Positions 18,801 through 32,496 of a stretch of 51,739 nt of DNA are shown here, piece by piece (the stretch's first letter is position 1; every line of letters begins with the position of its first letter). The DNA is from a virus. Its lineage: Duplodnaviria > Heunggongvirae > Uroviricota > Caudoviricetes > Demerecviridae. The notes below the pieces were generated by a model. The model saw only the letters and a list, made by a program, of their open reading frames with translations. It was not told where the DNA came from and ran no database searches. A program made the translations under genes and the position numbers. The stretch covers positions 64,001 through 115,739 of IMG/VR virus record IMGVR_UViG_2974604416_000001. One strand, given 5' to 3'.

Positions 18801-20903
18801 AGTTCTAGGAGTTACTAGCTTAGTTGCGGACACAGCGTTAGCTGTTGCTGTAAGCTTAGTAGCTGCCAGGTCATAAGCTGCCTTTACACCTGCTGTAGTA
18901 GCATAGGTTGTAGTAGAGGCATCATTGGTCTAAGAACTGGCACCCCAGTTGTTAACCGCGCTAAGACCTACATCTGTCTTAGTAACAACAACGGCTCCTG
19001 TACGCCCGTTTACAGAGGTAACAGAGTCTGTACCGTCCATTTTAAACCATATAGAGTTTAGGTTATCCCAATGTATATAGTCGCCAACTTCGTACTATAC
19101 ACTTAGTATGGTACCAGCCTAGGTTATGCGATAGAAGTCCTAGGTTGAACCTGTTGGTGTGGGTGGTACAGTGCCTGCCTATGCCGACCAGCCTCCACGC
19201 CATACGAGCTGACCACTAGCAGTTTGAGCAGACTGTGCTGCCTTAGCAGCATAGTGCAGTGCTGAATACAGACCCCCAGAAACTACAGAGTTTTCTGGGT
19301 TAGCTGCCCATTTTTGTGCAAGAGTAGCACTGTTCGTTGCTTCAGTTGCCTTGGTAGTAGCCGTAGACTAAGAACTAGCAGCAGCAGTCTAGCTAGTAGA
19401 GGCTTCGCCAGCTTTTGTTGTGGCTGTAGTCTAAGACGCAGCAGCATTGGTCTAACTAGTAGAGGCTTCTCCTGCTTTTGTTGACGCAGTAGTCTATGAG
19501 GCCGCGGCGTTAGTCTAACTAGTAGAAGCCTCCCCTGCCTTTGTAGAGGCAGTAGTCTAGGATGTGGATGCTGCAGTCTAGCTGCCCGAAGCACTAGTCT
19601 AGGAAGTCTAGGCGGCGTTCTTGCTAGATAAAGCGTTAGTCTCAGAAGTCTAAGCGGCATTTTTGCTTGCTAGAGCAGCCTAAGCACTGCTAGAAGCTTC
19701 TGATGCTTTAGTTGTTGCTGTAGTCTAACTAGTGGAAGCAGAGGCCTAACTCTACTATGCCTACTGCGCGCTGCTATCAGCCTAGGAGGCAGCAGCCCCT
19801 GCATCACTCTAACTTTGCTAAGCCTAGGTCTAGGATGTTGCGGCCTATGATGCTTTTGTGGAGGCAGTAGTCTATGATCCTGCCGCTGCTGTCTGGCTAT
19901 TAGCAGCGTTAGTCTAAGAAGTCTAAGCCTAGTTTTTGCTAGCCTATGCATTGGTTTCAGAAGTCTAAGCTGCATTCTTGCTTGCTAATGCAGCCTAAGC
20001 ACTGCTAGAAGCCTCGGATGCCTTGGTTGTTGCAGTAGCCTCGCTGGTGGAGGCTGAAGCCTAGCTCTACTAAGCCTACTACTTGCTAGTGTTTGCCTAA
20101 GATGCAGAATCTGCTGCATCACTCTAGCTCTACTAAGCCTAAGTCTAAGAAGTTGCAGCTTCCCCTGCCTTGGTACTGGCTGCAGCCTAGGAGGTGGATG
20201 CTTCGCTTGCTTTGGTGCTAGCAGTGGTCTAAGAAGCCTAAGCTGCATTTTTACTAGCAAGCGCGTTAGTCTCAGAAGTCTAGGCTGCATTTTTACTGGC
20301 TAGAGCCGCCTAAGCACTGTTGGAGGCTTCTGTTGCTTTTGTAGTAGATGTAGTCTAACTATTAGCGGCAGCAGTCTAACTACTATCAGCATTAGTCTAA
20401 GAAGTCTAAGCAGCGTTTTTGCTAGCTAGGGCATTAGCTTCAGAAGTCTAGGCAGCGTTTTTGCTTGCCAAAGCAGCCTAGGCACTACTAGAAGCTTCTG
20501 ATGCTTTAGTTGATGCTGTAGCCTAAGAACCCTATGCCGCCTATTTGGACGCAGCAGCCTAGTCCCTAGCCTATATTACATCCTACAGAAGGTTATAATC
20601 TACATCTTGCAGCTAGGATTGATCCTAAATGATTTGGTTTAAGGAGTAGTTGTTCATAGACTGGGTAACAATAACGTTACTAGCTACAGTCCTATACTAG
20701 GTTTCATCCTAGAAACGTACCTTAAATACGTAAGTACCAACGCCTAGAGAGGATGAGTAGTTACCTGTCTAGTTGGTTATGACGGAAAACTTAGTTCCTG
20801 CCAGCACCTCAGTTGAAGTACGAGTCTACTCAAAAATGATCTCAGCATTCTATATTGCAGACCCTTGTGGTGATTTAAGAATACCACTTGTATTAATTGC
20901 CAT
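15873..20903 (-). CDS. long side tail fibre (~1676 aa) with Ala/Ser/Thr repeats and C-terminal intramolecular chaperone (S74-like)
   Basis: Fragments at 15873-17363 and 18051-18248 share a frame with the ATG at 20903; TKASEA/TSETNA repeats; DVYIRSDRRMK chaperone motif. Not every intervening codon was checked. Confidence 0.85.
19330..20570 (-). repeat. imperfect coding repeats (TKASEA, SKNAA*TSETNA) in the fibre shaft; very TAG-dense
   Basis: Repeated units visible at DNA and protein level, with dozens of TAG including tandem TAG-TAG. Confidence 0.85.
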
Positions 20904-21166
20904 TACTACCTCGCTAGTAGCCCCTCAAGGGTAAGTGTGGCGTCTGTTGGAGAAATATAAACGCCACATCGTTGTAATCTTTTTAAACTTTTACTATCAT
21001 ACAACGAAATATCATAGATGCCAATAGGTAATTGAAAGTCGTATGTACCATCCTGCTAAATGGCCTAAGTACCAGCAACTTTTTCTAGCTGTAGAGCCCC
21101 AGAGTTCTGGGGCTCAATCAATACTAAAGTTATACTGGTATTAGTAGTTCCGGTTATCCTGGCCAT
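20903..21166 (-). CDS. small tail protein (fibre attachment/collar position)
   Basis: AAGG RBS; ends TAG-TAA, overlapping the fibre ATG. Confidence 0.65.
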
Positions 21167-21167
21167 A

Positions 21168-23270
21168 TTACCTTATGTGTATGAAGCCTGAGGCTAAGTC
21201 TATCTTCATCTTGTAGGTACCTTCTGGGTTCGCAGAAAGCTACGCAGCCCTATCATAGATCACATTTATACCTGCTTTCTAGAAAAAGGCTTGGTCTGCT
21301 ACCATTTTCTCGCCTCTAATAGTGCCGTTGGCAATAATGTCACCATGAACCATTAAAGCGGGCTAAACCCAGGCAGACCCATTCCACATCCTTGTCCACG
21401 CAACCTAAGGGTTATTCACCCTATACTGGGTGAGGCAGTCATAGATTACCGGCTAAGAGCCGAAGGTGTTAATAAAGAACTGGTTAGCCTTACTAACGTT
21501 AAAGTCTGTAGTATCATTCTCTATAGAGTTCTAGTAAATCCCAGGACCTCTACTCCCTTGAGCTCCATTAGCTCCAGGAGGGCCTTGAATACCCGGAACC
21601 CCCTGAGCACCATCAGAACCTGAGAATTGAACTGGAGTTGACCAGCTGCCCCCAGATATTAGCTGATTCAATAGCGGGTCAATAGTACCTGTACTCACCC
21701 ATACCTTTTGTGTCTAAGGATTGAACGCCGGAGGGCTGGTTGACCAGCCAGAGGGCGGATAGGCTGTTGCTGTTGGCTTAGCTGGTGCGCTCTACGCTGC
21801 CTGGTAGATAGGTACTACAGACTTACCTTTAAGTGCGTCTGTTAGTGAGGTATCACCTCCAGGGGTACCAATAACTACATTACCCTAAATCTTTAGCGTA
21901 GTACCATCCCAACGCATATACTGTGTTGAGTTACCTAGGTCAAACAAGAACTTACCTGCACTGTTATAACCCATCCAAATACCTTGGTTGGCATTACCAA
22001 ACTAAGGTTTCTCTTGCGAGTATAGTGCTGGTGGGGTTCCAGAAGTATTTGTAAGTATAAAACTAGCCGCATTTATAACGTCAGTAATAATTCTACCGGA
22101 TACGTTAAAGATATTGTTTACCGCATCAAAAGAGAAAGGAACTTTACCTTGAGCATCCGCAATACCTATTGATAGGTTACCAGTAGCCTAGTCTAACTTG
22201 AAGGTCTGAACTCTCTGCGCACCAGTACCTTTGTACTAATTTACCCCATAGTATCCAACCTCTACCCCAGTTTCTTTAGTGAAATTGTCAGTAATGGGAG
22301 TGCTAGTAGTTATGCGCATAGTGGCCACGTCGGAATACGTAGTCATGGTCCCATCATTTGGCCCCCACTAGGTCGCTACTACCCGCAGCTTGAATTCGAT
22401 ATCAAATGGGAAGTTTACTAGTATCTAGGAAGGTGTACTGGATGTGTTAACTTGTTGGGCACCTGTCCAACCACTGTCGTTAAACTTAGCTGTTGGTGTA
22501 TACTCTATAATGAACTGTTTGATCTGCTAGCCATTTGCCCTAGCCCAGTCCCATGCCACTTTAACATCATAGCGCTCAACGCCATCCTTAATCTTCTATA
22601 CAGCGAACCTGATACCTGTAGGCTTACTTGGAGGTATCTACATGTACTGTACCGCAATACTAGACGGGTACTGGTACCACTAAGACTGTTCAATAGTTAC
22701 TCCATCAGGCAATCCAATATTCCCGCGTATACGGAAGTTATAAGTGCCAATAGGCATTATTAAGGATATTGGAGAGGTTACTTGACCGGAGTAACAGCTA
22801 CTCCATGTAGTGTCAGAGGTAAGTTTGTACTGAATTTCAACAAAGTCCGCATCACCCTAGCAGGTGAAATTAACTGTGGGGTTGCTAACCCCTACCTCCA
22901 CCTAGGTGGCGGTTACAGTAATATTAGTAAGGGTAGGGGCTTTTTTAGTTCTCAGACTAATCGGGTCTGAAATATTTATGCCAAACTTAGCCTATAAAAG
23001 CTCTGGGTCAATCATCTGGTCGTAAAACTACCCCTTAACAGTGTAAGTGGTGTCCTAAGTAAGTCCAGGAATAGTTACGGAAGTATATCCTAGCTGTCCT
23101 GGGTCTGTTACCAGCCATTCTTTAACTTGAACCTAAGATGCATTGTAGACCCAAAAAGCCTTACCAAGCAGGTCAGTATCCATATTAAAGGAATGCTGTA
23201 TATATAGTTTAGTATAAGACTATACCCCATATATATTTACTAGTTTCTCTGGTGCTACGTTATTAATCAT
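21168..23270 (-). CDS. pb4: T5 pb4-like central fibre protein with FN3 repeats
   Basis: MINNVAPEKLVNIYG...YIQHSFN N-terminus resembles recalled T5 pb4; 701 codons. Confidence 0.78.
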
Positions 23271-26134
23271 TCCAATTCAGTCCACGTAACTGACTACTCA
23301 CCCTTTGAGCCCTCGGCCCTAATCCGTATACGATACTCTCTGTACACCCCCAAACCCCCAGTTACTGTTCTGTAGTCCTATTTCATATCCTACAGTAGGT
23401 AGTTGAAGTTATACAGTTTAGTAAGTCGCAGACTTCTTACTATAGTGTTAGCCTAGTTATAAAATTCTATTACGTAGTAAAGTGGTTGTACAAACTGCTC
23501 ATCTGGAGTCTTATCCCAAACCAATTGTAAGTAACCACCCTAGAATACCGAAGCCTCACCGGGAACCCTATTCAAGGCCCTAAAACCCGTTACTGGATTT
23601 AAAGACTTAGCTGGATTTATAAGAACACTCAATACCTAGGGTTTGCTTCGTACGCCGGTACCTAGAACCTACCGTACCTCAAAGGTATAGTTACCTTCTT
23701 CCAAGTTTATAAGGGGCAAGGAAACCCCACTAGCCTCAGGGTCAGCTTCGACTACATACGGGTCGGTTTTACCACTTTGGTATACTGTGTAGTACAACAC
23801 ACCAGTACTCAAGGAGGGCAGCCACTTAAGAGTACCGTTTAACCCAATAGAGTCCTAGGCTACAGATACATGCGGGAAATACTGTAAGTTCCTTGGTGGA
23901 AGCACGTTGGTAGAGATACCAGGTATTTGGTTATCACTATTATCTGTTTGTGGGGAGTTAACAAATACGTCCTACTCGTACTCCTTGAGTTTCAGTGTAA
24001 CCCTTCCCTGCTAATCTGTAGATACGGACTCCACAAAAAAGGTTTTATTAGAGTAGTTGTACCTATTGTACGTAAGAGTTACAGGGTCATTAGGTAGCAA
24101 GTAGAACAAGTCCTAATCTGGGCGAATATTGTCTAGCTCCCTAGAGTATCTGGACTTCTTGAGTTCCCTAGCGGCCATGCTCCTAGCAGTATAGTAGTTA
24201 GTTATGCCTGCAAAAGCTAAGTTTAACTTTTTCTCACGCATACTATCCTGTTGTAGGTAGTTTGCATCGTAGAAGCTAACCTGTATCTGGTTCCACATAT
24301 TAGCAGGGTCAGAGATAGCTGCCCCTACCGTATTATACTTGGTGCGACCAGTACTATCAGTTATTTTGATACTTCCATCAATTGTCTAGTCTAGATTTAT
24401 ATTCTAAACCGGCTATCTATCTACTTCCTAGGTTAGGAAGTATTGACCATTAAAGGTAGTCAAAGAAGCCTGACCCTGAGTGAGCATCACACTAAAGCAG
24501 TCAAAAACTGGATTAGCTGTATCAATTACCCAGTTGGTCTGTACAGAAGCCCTATTGCCAGGCTACGGGTTATCCCAGTTTAGGTATCTCCAGAAAGGCA
24601 CCCAGATAGGGTCATAGCTAGTATCTACTGTATCATACTATTTTGCTACCTCTAAGAAGCTATTTAGGTCTATCTAGTTAAGTGGAATCTACTACCCAAA
24701 TATGGCTGTTGCGTAGTCTAGTAGTTGCCAAGCTAGATTAGAAGAGGACTTGGTTTCAGTAGGTACTAGGGAGTCATTGTAGGTCTTTATCTTACGCCCC
24801 TTTACCTCAAACATAACATCTGGGATGTTATTCCTAGCTTCGGTGATTTCTACCTTCATCACAACGTACTAAGTATCTAAAAGCATGAAACTACTGTCCC
24901 AATATTCCGGGCCAATATTGTTAAGGGATTGTAGGTAGAATTCCCCTCTCTAAGCCTTACCCACTAGGACACTTGAAGCGGTCTGGTTTTTAAGACCATG
25001 ATAAACCCAAAATTGGATAGTACCATCGTCATCTTTCAATATGTAGGATTGACCGTGGACGCTAGGCCCAGAGGCACCTGCTACAGGGTTTCCGCTGGCG
25101 TCTACTGCCAACTTGTTCATGGTGTCACCATTCACTCTCTTACGACCAAAACACACCCTACCTTCATCATCCTTATCATCAATACAGATTAGAGGCTTAT
25201 CATCAATGTGAATATCTAAGAAACCTTCAATCTCACCTTCGCATACAGCATACACAACCCATACAGTGTTCGGGTTATTTTTATCAGTGTCTGCAAAAAT
25301 AGGGATACCACCTACAAACTGGGTTCCATAGACTACTGGCAGGTATTTAGCAGCTAGGTTGAATGAGAGGTCCACGGATTTTTCTACAGTTTCGTAGTAT
25401 TCCACTAAGTTCATGTTCTTGCCGCCCATTAAACCAGCAAGACCACCCCTTTTGGAGGATTGAATCTTGTATCGCTTCTCTTGCTATTGGTACTTAGCCA
25501 ATATCTGGGTGGATTTATCCGCATGAAAGAAACCTAAGTCATTTGCGTACTCTGGTCTCTTCGCTGCCCCAGAGGGTATTAGAGTACCGTCTGGGCCTGT
25601 TACCAGCTATCTGTGGCTGGCATCATTAGTGAAACGACCCTATACACGTTCGAAGTCGTAGAAGTCATTGGTGCATACCCAGGTAATAGAGGACTCCCCC
25701 AGAGAAGTGTCTCTTTTATCACTTATTGAGCCTCCTTGGATGTTTCCACGGAACCAGATCACTGGAACATTACCAGACATTATAGGCTCAATCTAACCCT
25801 ACTGATTGATATATGCTTGATGAATAGTTACTTTCTTGCCTTGAAGTGAGTGCCCATCCTGTAGAAATAGGGATAACTGCACGGTGTCTAGTCCAGTAGT
25901 AACTATATTAATCTGGGAACTAGATAGTTTCGTTGTTTGGGTATAAGAAGAAATGGATTTTAGGATACCCTACTTGTAAAGGTTACCCTTAAAAGTTATA
26001 TCTGTCTAGTAGTCTGTGCAGTATAGTTTAGTAGTACCACCCTAAGTAGGTAGTTCCATTTCGACTAGGTTAGCAACCTTCCTATGTGGGTTCTACTAGA
26101 AAAACTACTACGCAGTAGGTAGTACATTACGCAT
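23267..26134 (-). CDS. pb3: T5 pb3-like tail tip / baseplate hub
   Basis: FNLAAKYLPVVYG...GIPIFADT...VYAVCEGEIEGFLD; 956 codons with many TAG. Confidence 0.85.
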
Positions 26135-26739
26135 TATATTGCCTCTCTTAGCTCAAGGGTCGCCCCCTCACTATAAAATCCATCAGAGTTAAATGTTGGA
26201 GAAGAAAGAGGGGTTGACCTATCTTTAAAATCCATACTGAACCTAATCCCAGTGAACTTAACAGTATTCGCCGTGGTAACGGCGGTACGTAGGGCTGGGA
26301 AGAAGTCTATGATTACATTGCTCCCGCTAATTCTGAAATCAGTAATTCTATAAACTTTTTTGTGGTTAGAAAACTGCAACATCATACCCTTTTTAGGGGT
26401 AGATACCATACCCGCCTACGGAAGAGTTACTGAAGTCTAGGTTGACTACTACACTGTGTAGCTATTTAACTTAAACGTGTAGTCCTCGTACTGCGGTAGC
26501 CATACCTCTAGTTTTTCATTCAGCTAGAGGGTTTTATCTATTGCCTAAGCCAGGATATTATATTCGGAAGGCAGCAAGTCAGAATATCCTAGAGTAAGTT
26601 CCCAGTAGTGTTCACCGGAAGATACAGATATTGATTTAGTATTAGGCATCCAGTCCTGAAAAACGGGCTACACGGATACTAACTCTGAGGATGAAAACCC
26701 AGGAGCCCCCGGATTATTGATTGGATCTGGTAACAACAT
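26134..26739 (-). CDS. pb9: distal tail protein (Dit)
   Basis: MLLPDPINNP N-terminus; position between tape measure and pb3. Confidence 0.8.
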
Positions 26740-26861
26740 TGTTAGCTCCTAAATAGGGAATTAGACCCTTAATAAGTATAGTTATATGATACGCTATAGA
26801 ATAATAATTGGCAACGATTTTTAAAAAGTAAAAAGAAAGGAGGGCAATTGCCCTCCTTTAA

Positions 26862-29800
26862 TTACTTCCTATACATAGAGTAACCTTCGCTGTTAAGCTG
26901 GTACTCCATACTAGAGGCAAAAATCTGACCATTCTTTTGCAAGTATGATTGAAGGCTTTCGCTATCCAATGCCTGTATAGTAACATTAAAGTTGCTACCA
27001 AAGTTGCCACCGCCGCTGGCCTGATTCTACGCGGTAATCATTCCCGGAGTATCAAAAGCCACAACTTCCGGCCCGTTTTCCCCAACAAGAACTTGGTGGT
27101 TAGCTGGAGCGCGGTTACCTACAGCGCGAGGCTTGAAGTCAGAAGCGTTACCAACCCCATTACCTCCTTGAATGTACTAAAGCTCCCCTGCGGAGGCGCT
27201 CCTAGAAACATCAATTCGGTTGTCTCGCTCTCCTAGAGATAGAGAAGGTACGGAAGCTTCCCCAACACTAGCAATTGCACTACCAGACTGCTAGGACTTG
27301 AGTGCCTACTAACCCATTAACTAGGTAGTGGCAGCCATAGCATAACTTACTGGAGGGGGCAATGTTGCAAGAGCTTGGGTTATACCCATAGCAGTCTGCA
27401 TGACAATCTGCTCCGTCTAAGCCTTCTTCTGCGCCGCAGCCTTTTCGGCCTCTAGTTTCTGAATTTTCTTCTTAGACTCTTCGGATTTACCATCTCGCTC
27501 CTTTTCAGCAGCTATTTGTTGGTCAATACCTGAAATAGTTTGTTGAGCAGCCATATTCAACATGGAAGCTACGGTAGACATTCCCTAAGCTGCTACCTGC
27601 TACCCTGTCTACGCACCTTCACCCATCTAATGGAAGGCTAGCCCCAGATTAGAGACATTAGCAATCATATCAGAAAATGCTGGGTTATAAGACGACAGCT
27701 CTGAGAATGAGCGGTTGATTGCATCCATTGCTGTTTGCAATTCCTACTCTTTCAGCTACTAGTCACCTATTTGGGTTGGTCCCTGCATTAGTGGCACTGA
27801 GCCCTAACTACCTAAAGCATCCATACCTAAGTTACGGTATTTGACAGCCTCGGCTTGTTTCAGGTTCTACTGCTCTACCAACAAATCACGGAGTTCCCTA
27901 TTCTGCTAGGTTATCGCCTATTGACTAACTTTTTCTGCGTCTAGGGCCTATATAAACTCCTGCTTCTACCTAACTTGCTCATTAATTATGTCTAGCTCAG
28001 TTAAGCCCATTTCCTTACCGCGCAGCTAAATCTCATCCGAAGTCCTATTTGCTAGCTACTCCATCTAAGATTTATTAGAAGCTATGATATCTTGCTTCAA
28101 CCTTAGTATTTCGGCTTCCTTCTATAGCTCTTCATCCTTGGTTGCTCCGTACTCCTTAGCCAGTTTTAGTTGGTCTCTCAGTATTACCAACTTAGCCTCA
28201 TTTAGCAGTATATCGGCTTTGTTATTTTCAAATCTATCTGTAGCCAAACTTTTTAGTGTCTGCTCTTCCCTTATATACTCCTACTGATTGGTGCGAATAG
28301 TTAGTTCTCGTTCCTAGATTTGCTTTAATAGTGAGCGTCTAGATTCTAGCAACTGGTTAAGCTGGAGATTAGCCTAGGCTTGCTCTTCTGGCCTAGAGAT
28401 ACCCCTGTTAATAGAGATCAGTTGCTTCTGCTACTAAATCTGCTAGTTAAGGAAGTCTAACTGCTATTTCATAGGATCGGCATTGTTAAGCGTAGCTTGG
28501 ATAGCCTAGGACTCCTATAGTGCAACATTTCGTTGAGCAATTACCTCATTTTGTTGCTAGGCCAGTTTTAAGTTTTCAGCCTGTAGGTTAACTCTCTCCT
28601 ATTCAAGGGAAATAATTTCCTCTTGGCTAAGCAAGTTTCTAGTAGCACCCTTACCTTCGGCTACAGAACCCTACTATAGTTCCTAGTTAATAATACGTAG
28701 TTTTTCAGCGTTTAGAGCCCTTTGCTGCTCTACTCCCATAGAAAACTGAGTAGATTTGGCAATATTAGCCTCAGAAAGCTATTGAGACCTTTTCTCCTTA
28801 GTTTGTACCAGGGCCAACTCGTTGGACTTTTGCAAGTAGTTGTTTAGCTGGTCTTGGGTTTGAAGTCCTTGCTCCTACAACTTAACCTATATCTGCTGTT
28901 GTATGTTTAGATCCTACTACCTACCCTTTTCTGTGGTAAGGTCTAAGCTCTTACGCTACAACATAAGGTTGTCAATAGTCTTTTTAGTGCTTTCCAACCC
29001 AGCAGCGTACTGCTCAATAGCAAGAGCTGGGGATTTTACACTGGCATCAAAAGCCTATACAACTTCTGGGATAGATTTGGCAAGCTGCTGCACTTCACGG
29101 AAAGTATTGGCTAAGAACTGCAATTGCTGGTTGTATTCTTGGGTGCCACGCTTCTAGGAAACTGCTGCACCGTAGTTAGCTTCAATTTGCTTCTTAAAGT
29201 CATTCATAACCTTTTCAAGGTCTTGTATCACAGCCAGCTGCTTAGCATTCTCTGCCCTAGCAGTCTTGTTTACCTGACCATATTTCTGCTCGGCCTACTA
29301 GGTCTACTATAGAGCTACATTGTATTGCTCTTTCAGCCTAATAAGCTCTTCCTCTGCGAGTAGTAAGTCTTCGGAAGAGTTAGCTTGCAGAGTTGCCTAA
29401 GCCAAGAAGTTCTTATTTGCAGCCGCGGTAGCCAGGCTTTGATTAAGCCTCTACACACGCTCAATGACCTTGTCTACCTACGACTCTTCAAATAATGTGT
29501 TGAAATGCTACGCCATTGGCGTAAGGAATGACGCTAGCATCTTTTGACCTGATTTAGTTGTCTGGTCAATATTCTACGCGAACTTCTCCCATTCTGTAGC
29601 AGACATTTCTTTGTCTAGATTACCAAATCTCTTAGCAGATTCTTCGATTACCGCATTAGCATATGCTTGCTGCTTCTGATACCCAGTCAGCGCAGTCTAG
29701 GATACCCCCAGAGTTCTCTAGTACTTATCGTAGGCTTCGGTAAGACGGACAGTAATACCTAGTTCATCCAATAGTTCAATTTCAAGCTTAGAAACACCAC

Positions 29801-30686
29801 GAATAATACGGTTTAGTGCGTCGTCAAGGTCTACGCCAAGAGCTACAGAAGCCCTACGTGCGGCCAAGGTAAACTGGGATACTTGGTCAGAGGTGAACCC
29901 GTATGCTGACGCTTGGGCAGCTTTCTGCATAGCACCTTCAAAGCTTACAGCATACCCTGTTGCCTCAACCATAATATCGGCCAAGTTAGAGATTGATACA
30001 CCAGTCTCTGCACCTACCACCTGGTTTATCTTTTCTAGCCTATTTAGTCTGTCACCAGCAGCTAGTTGGTTGTATGCCTCTGTAAGTGCGTAAACGTTTG
30101 CAGCAATAGTAGCATAGATCATTGGTAGCGGGCCAGCTATCTTTGCCAAGTCCTAGAATGCCCTTGTACCACCTTTAGTACTTCTCTAAGCTCCTTCAAT
30201 ACCCTTAGAAGCCCTGGCCTAGGAATCTCCAACTCCGCTTAGACCTTCTTGCATCTTCTCAGTACTAGTAGCGGTCTTTTTAGTCTGCTAGTCAACCTTC
30301 CTTAGTGGATCAAGTAATCTTTCTAGAGTAAGAACTACTTCGTCATTGCCTTGCTTAGCTATGTGGGTGTACTCCTCAAAAGAGGCTGAAAGTTCACTAA
30401 TAGTTCCTTCTACATCCTGTATTGCTGCAACCACCCCATCGAAGTAGTCCTACATGTTAGCCCCAGTACCTATAGTTTCTAGGGTATTAGCTAAGCCTCT
30501 AGACAGCTTACGAGCCTCAGTTAGGGCCGCGTTGGTGACGTTTATCTGCTCATTAAGCAGTTCTGTACCTGCAGCAGCATCTTCCATCCTATCACCCAGC
30601 TAGGTCTACTATTTTTCTGCCTACTTTAGAGCTCTGCTATTTACCTTAATAACTAGCTCTTCAAGTAGTTTTGGATTTTTTGCCAT
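26862..30686 (-). CDS. pb2: tape measure protein (~1274 aa), heavily TAG-recoded
   Basis: Long helical protein; ALNRIIRGVSKLEIELLDELGI motif; start and stop in frame. Confidence 0.85.
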
Positions 30687-30766
30687 AATTACTCCTATAA
30701 AAATAAAGCCCTGAGCCAAAGTAGACTCAGGGCCCCGACAAAAGAGTTTCGGAAGTGTGGAGGAAC

Positions 30767-31190
30767 TTATTTGTTTACGGGTGCTACGCGGTTTTTCCTG
30801 GCCTGCTTAGAGGCAATTTCTCTCGCACGCTTAATAGGCTCTTCATCGATGATATTTATCATTTCCAATACCTACACCCTAGAATCCTCTGGAACTTGGT
30901 AAATATCTAACAAGACCTTTAAATTGTTATAGTCTTTACCAGTATATATGGGGGCGGCCATTCCTGGTACTAGGTAGGTGTCCTGCATCTGATTATAAAT
31001 CTCTATCTAGGTCACCGCTTCGTAAGATAGTTCGGAGAAGTCTATTGGTTTTTTGCTCAAGTCAGGTTCTTGGCCTAACTCTTCACAGACTAACAAGTAT
31101 TTCTCCCATGTTAGTCCCAATTTAGCCTTCTAGGTTAGGTATCTACGAAGATTCTCCCTCTAATCATGCAGTCTTTGTTTCTCGAAATCG
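30767..31190 (-). CDS. downstream tail assembly chaperone segment (gpT-like), probably reached by frameshift
   Basis: Open frame with no clear start of its own, overlapping the end of the upstream chaperone in the +1 frame. Confidence 0.6.
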
Positions 31191-31568
31191 GTCTACGTTG
31201 TGTACCACCTAGGACACCCAGTCTTCAAAGGGCTTCCAGTTCTCATATAGGAAAAGAGCATTTTCTTGACAAAACTCTACTTCTTCTTCCAAGTCCTAAT
31301 CTTCATCAACTAGCATCCATTCCTAGACGTGTTTCAGTTTAAGCCCTTTCCAGCCCTTTATCGCTGACTTTACAAAGTTTTCTGAAAACTTTTCCTAGCT
31401 AAACTCTTGGTGAACTTTGTCACCGTCCACGACGGTTACATAACCACTTCTCAAGTTATTAGTAGTCTACTTCCTACCTTGGTAGGCCAGTTCAAACTCT
31501 ACTCCTGGGAATAGTTCCCAGTCGAAAGCCTTGATTTTTTCTACTTTTACTTTATTCTACAGTAACAT
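31164..31568 (-). CDS. tail assembly chaperone (gpG-like)
   Basis: GGAGG RBS; AIKGWKGLKL motif; 135 codons. Confidence 0.75.
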
Positions 31569-31569
31569 C

Positions 31570-32451
31570 TTAATCCTCCTTCGGGCCTATTATTTCTATT
31601 GTATCTGTGGCCCTAAAATCCCAATAAAGGGTATTAACTGACTAAATATTCTATCTCTTGGTGGCTAATCCATTAACCTACCTAACATGCAAACCAGACT
31701 GAGAAACCTCGAAATCAGTGTACATGCTATCCTACATTTCTAGTCTTTCTTTAGTGACGTATTCTTGTACCACTCCACCAAGGTTCGATTCACCAACTAT
31801 TCTAGCGCCCTAAGGCACAATCACGTCAGTGTTAAAGCAGTTTACTTGTGAGAGTTGTGTGTACTAGCGCTGGAAGGTGACAGACTACCCAACCTAGGAG
31901 GCTTCGTACCCGGATAGCTGTGTAACTACTGGGCCGGGAAGCATGTGGTCTCCTTGTGGTTCTAAAGTAGCACCCGATAGAACAGAAGTGTCCTACTGCT
32001 AGAGCGTCTTTGCAGATAGTGTAATAGTGATTTGGCCTACTTTATCTAACTAGAAAGGTAGGTCGATACTTTCTACCTAGCATCCTGTTAAACAGAACTA
32101 CCCACCAGCAGAAACAACATAGATGGTCGCCTCCCTCTAGGAATCACCTAACTTTTCTGGGTAGCTTAGAACTAATCGTCTAGGCTCATATTCATGAAAT
32201 CCTGCCATTCTAAAGAATACTGATTCTCTGAAACCTTTTGTGATATAGGTTGTTAGAGTTATAGAGAAGCTTGAGTACTCTCTGGCTTGTAGCTAAGGAG
32301 GACTATAACCAAATATGGTTTTCCTATTTGGGCCCTACTGCCTTATTGAAGTGTCACCAGATAGCTCAGTAACTGCGTCTAGAAGAAGCCACTGGCCTTC
32401 AAAATTTAAGGCTATCTTAGAATCATATAGAATTAGTGGGTTTCTAGTCAT
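31570..32451 (-). CDS. minor tail / baseplate tube protein (T5 p140-like)
   Basis: 294 codons with TAG read-through; synteny after the major tail gene. Confidence 0.7.
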
Positions 32452-32496
32452 TATCAGTGTCCTTTAGAATGTGAGGGCCGAAGCCCTCACAGAGTA

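Noticed and set aside
19283-20290. Leu/Arg/Pro-rich ORFs in the supplied track
   Set aside because: Off-frame shadows of the Ala-repeat fibre gene.
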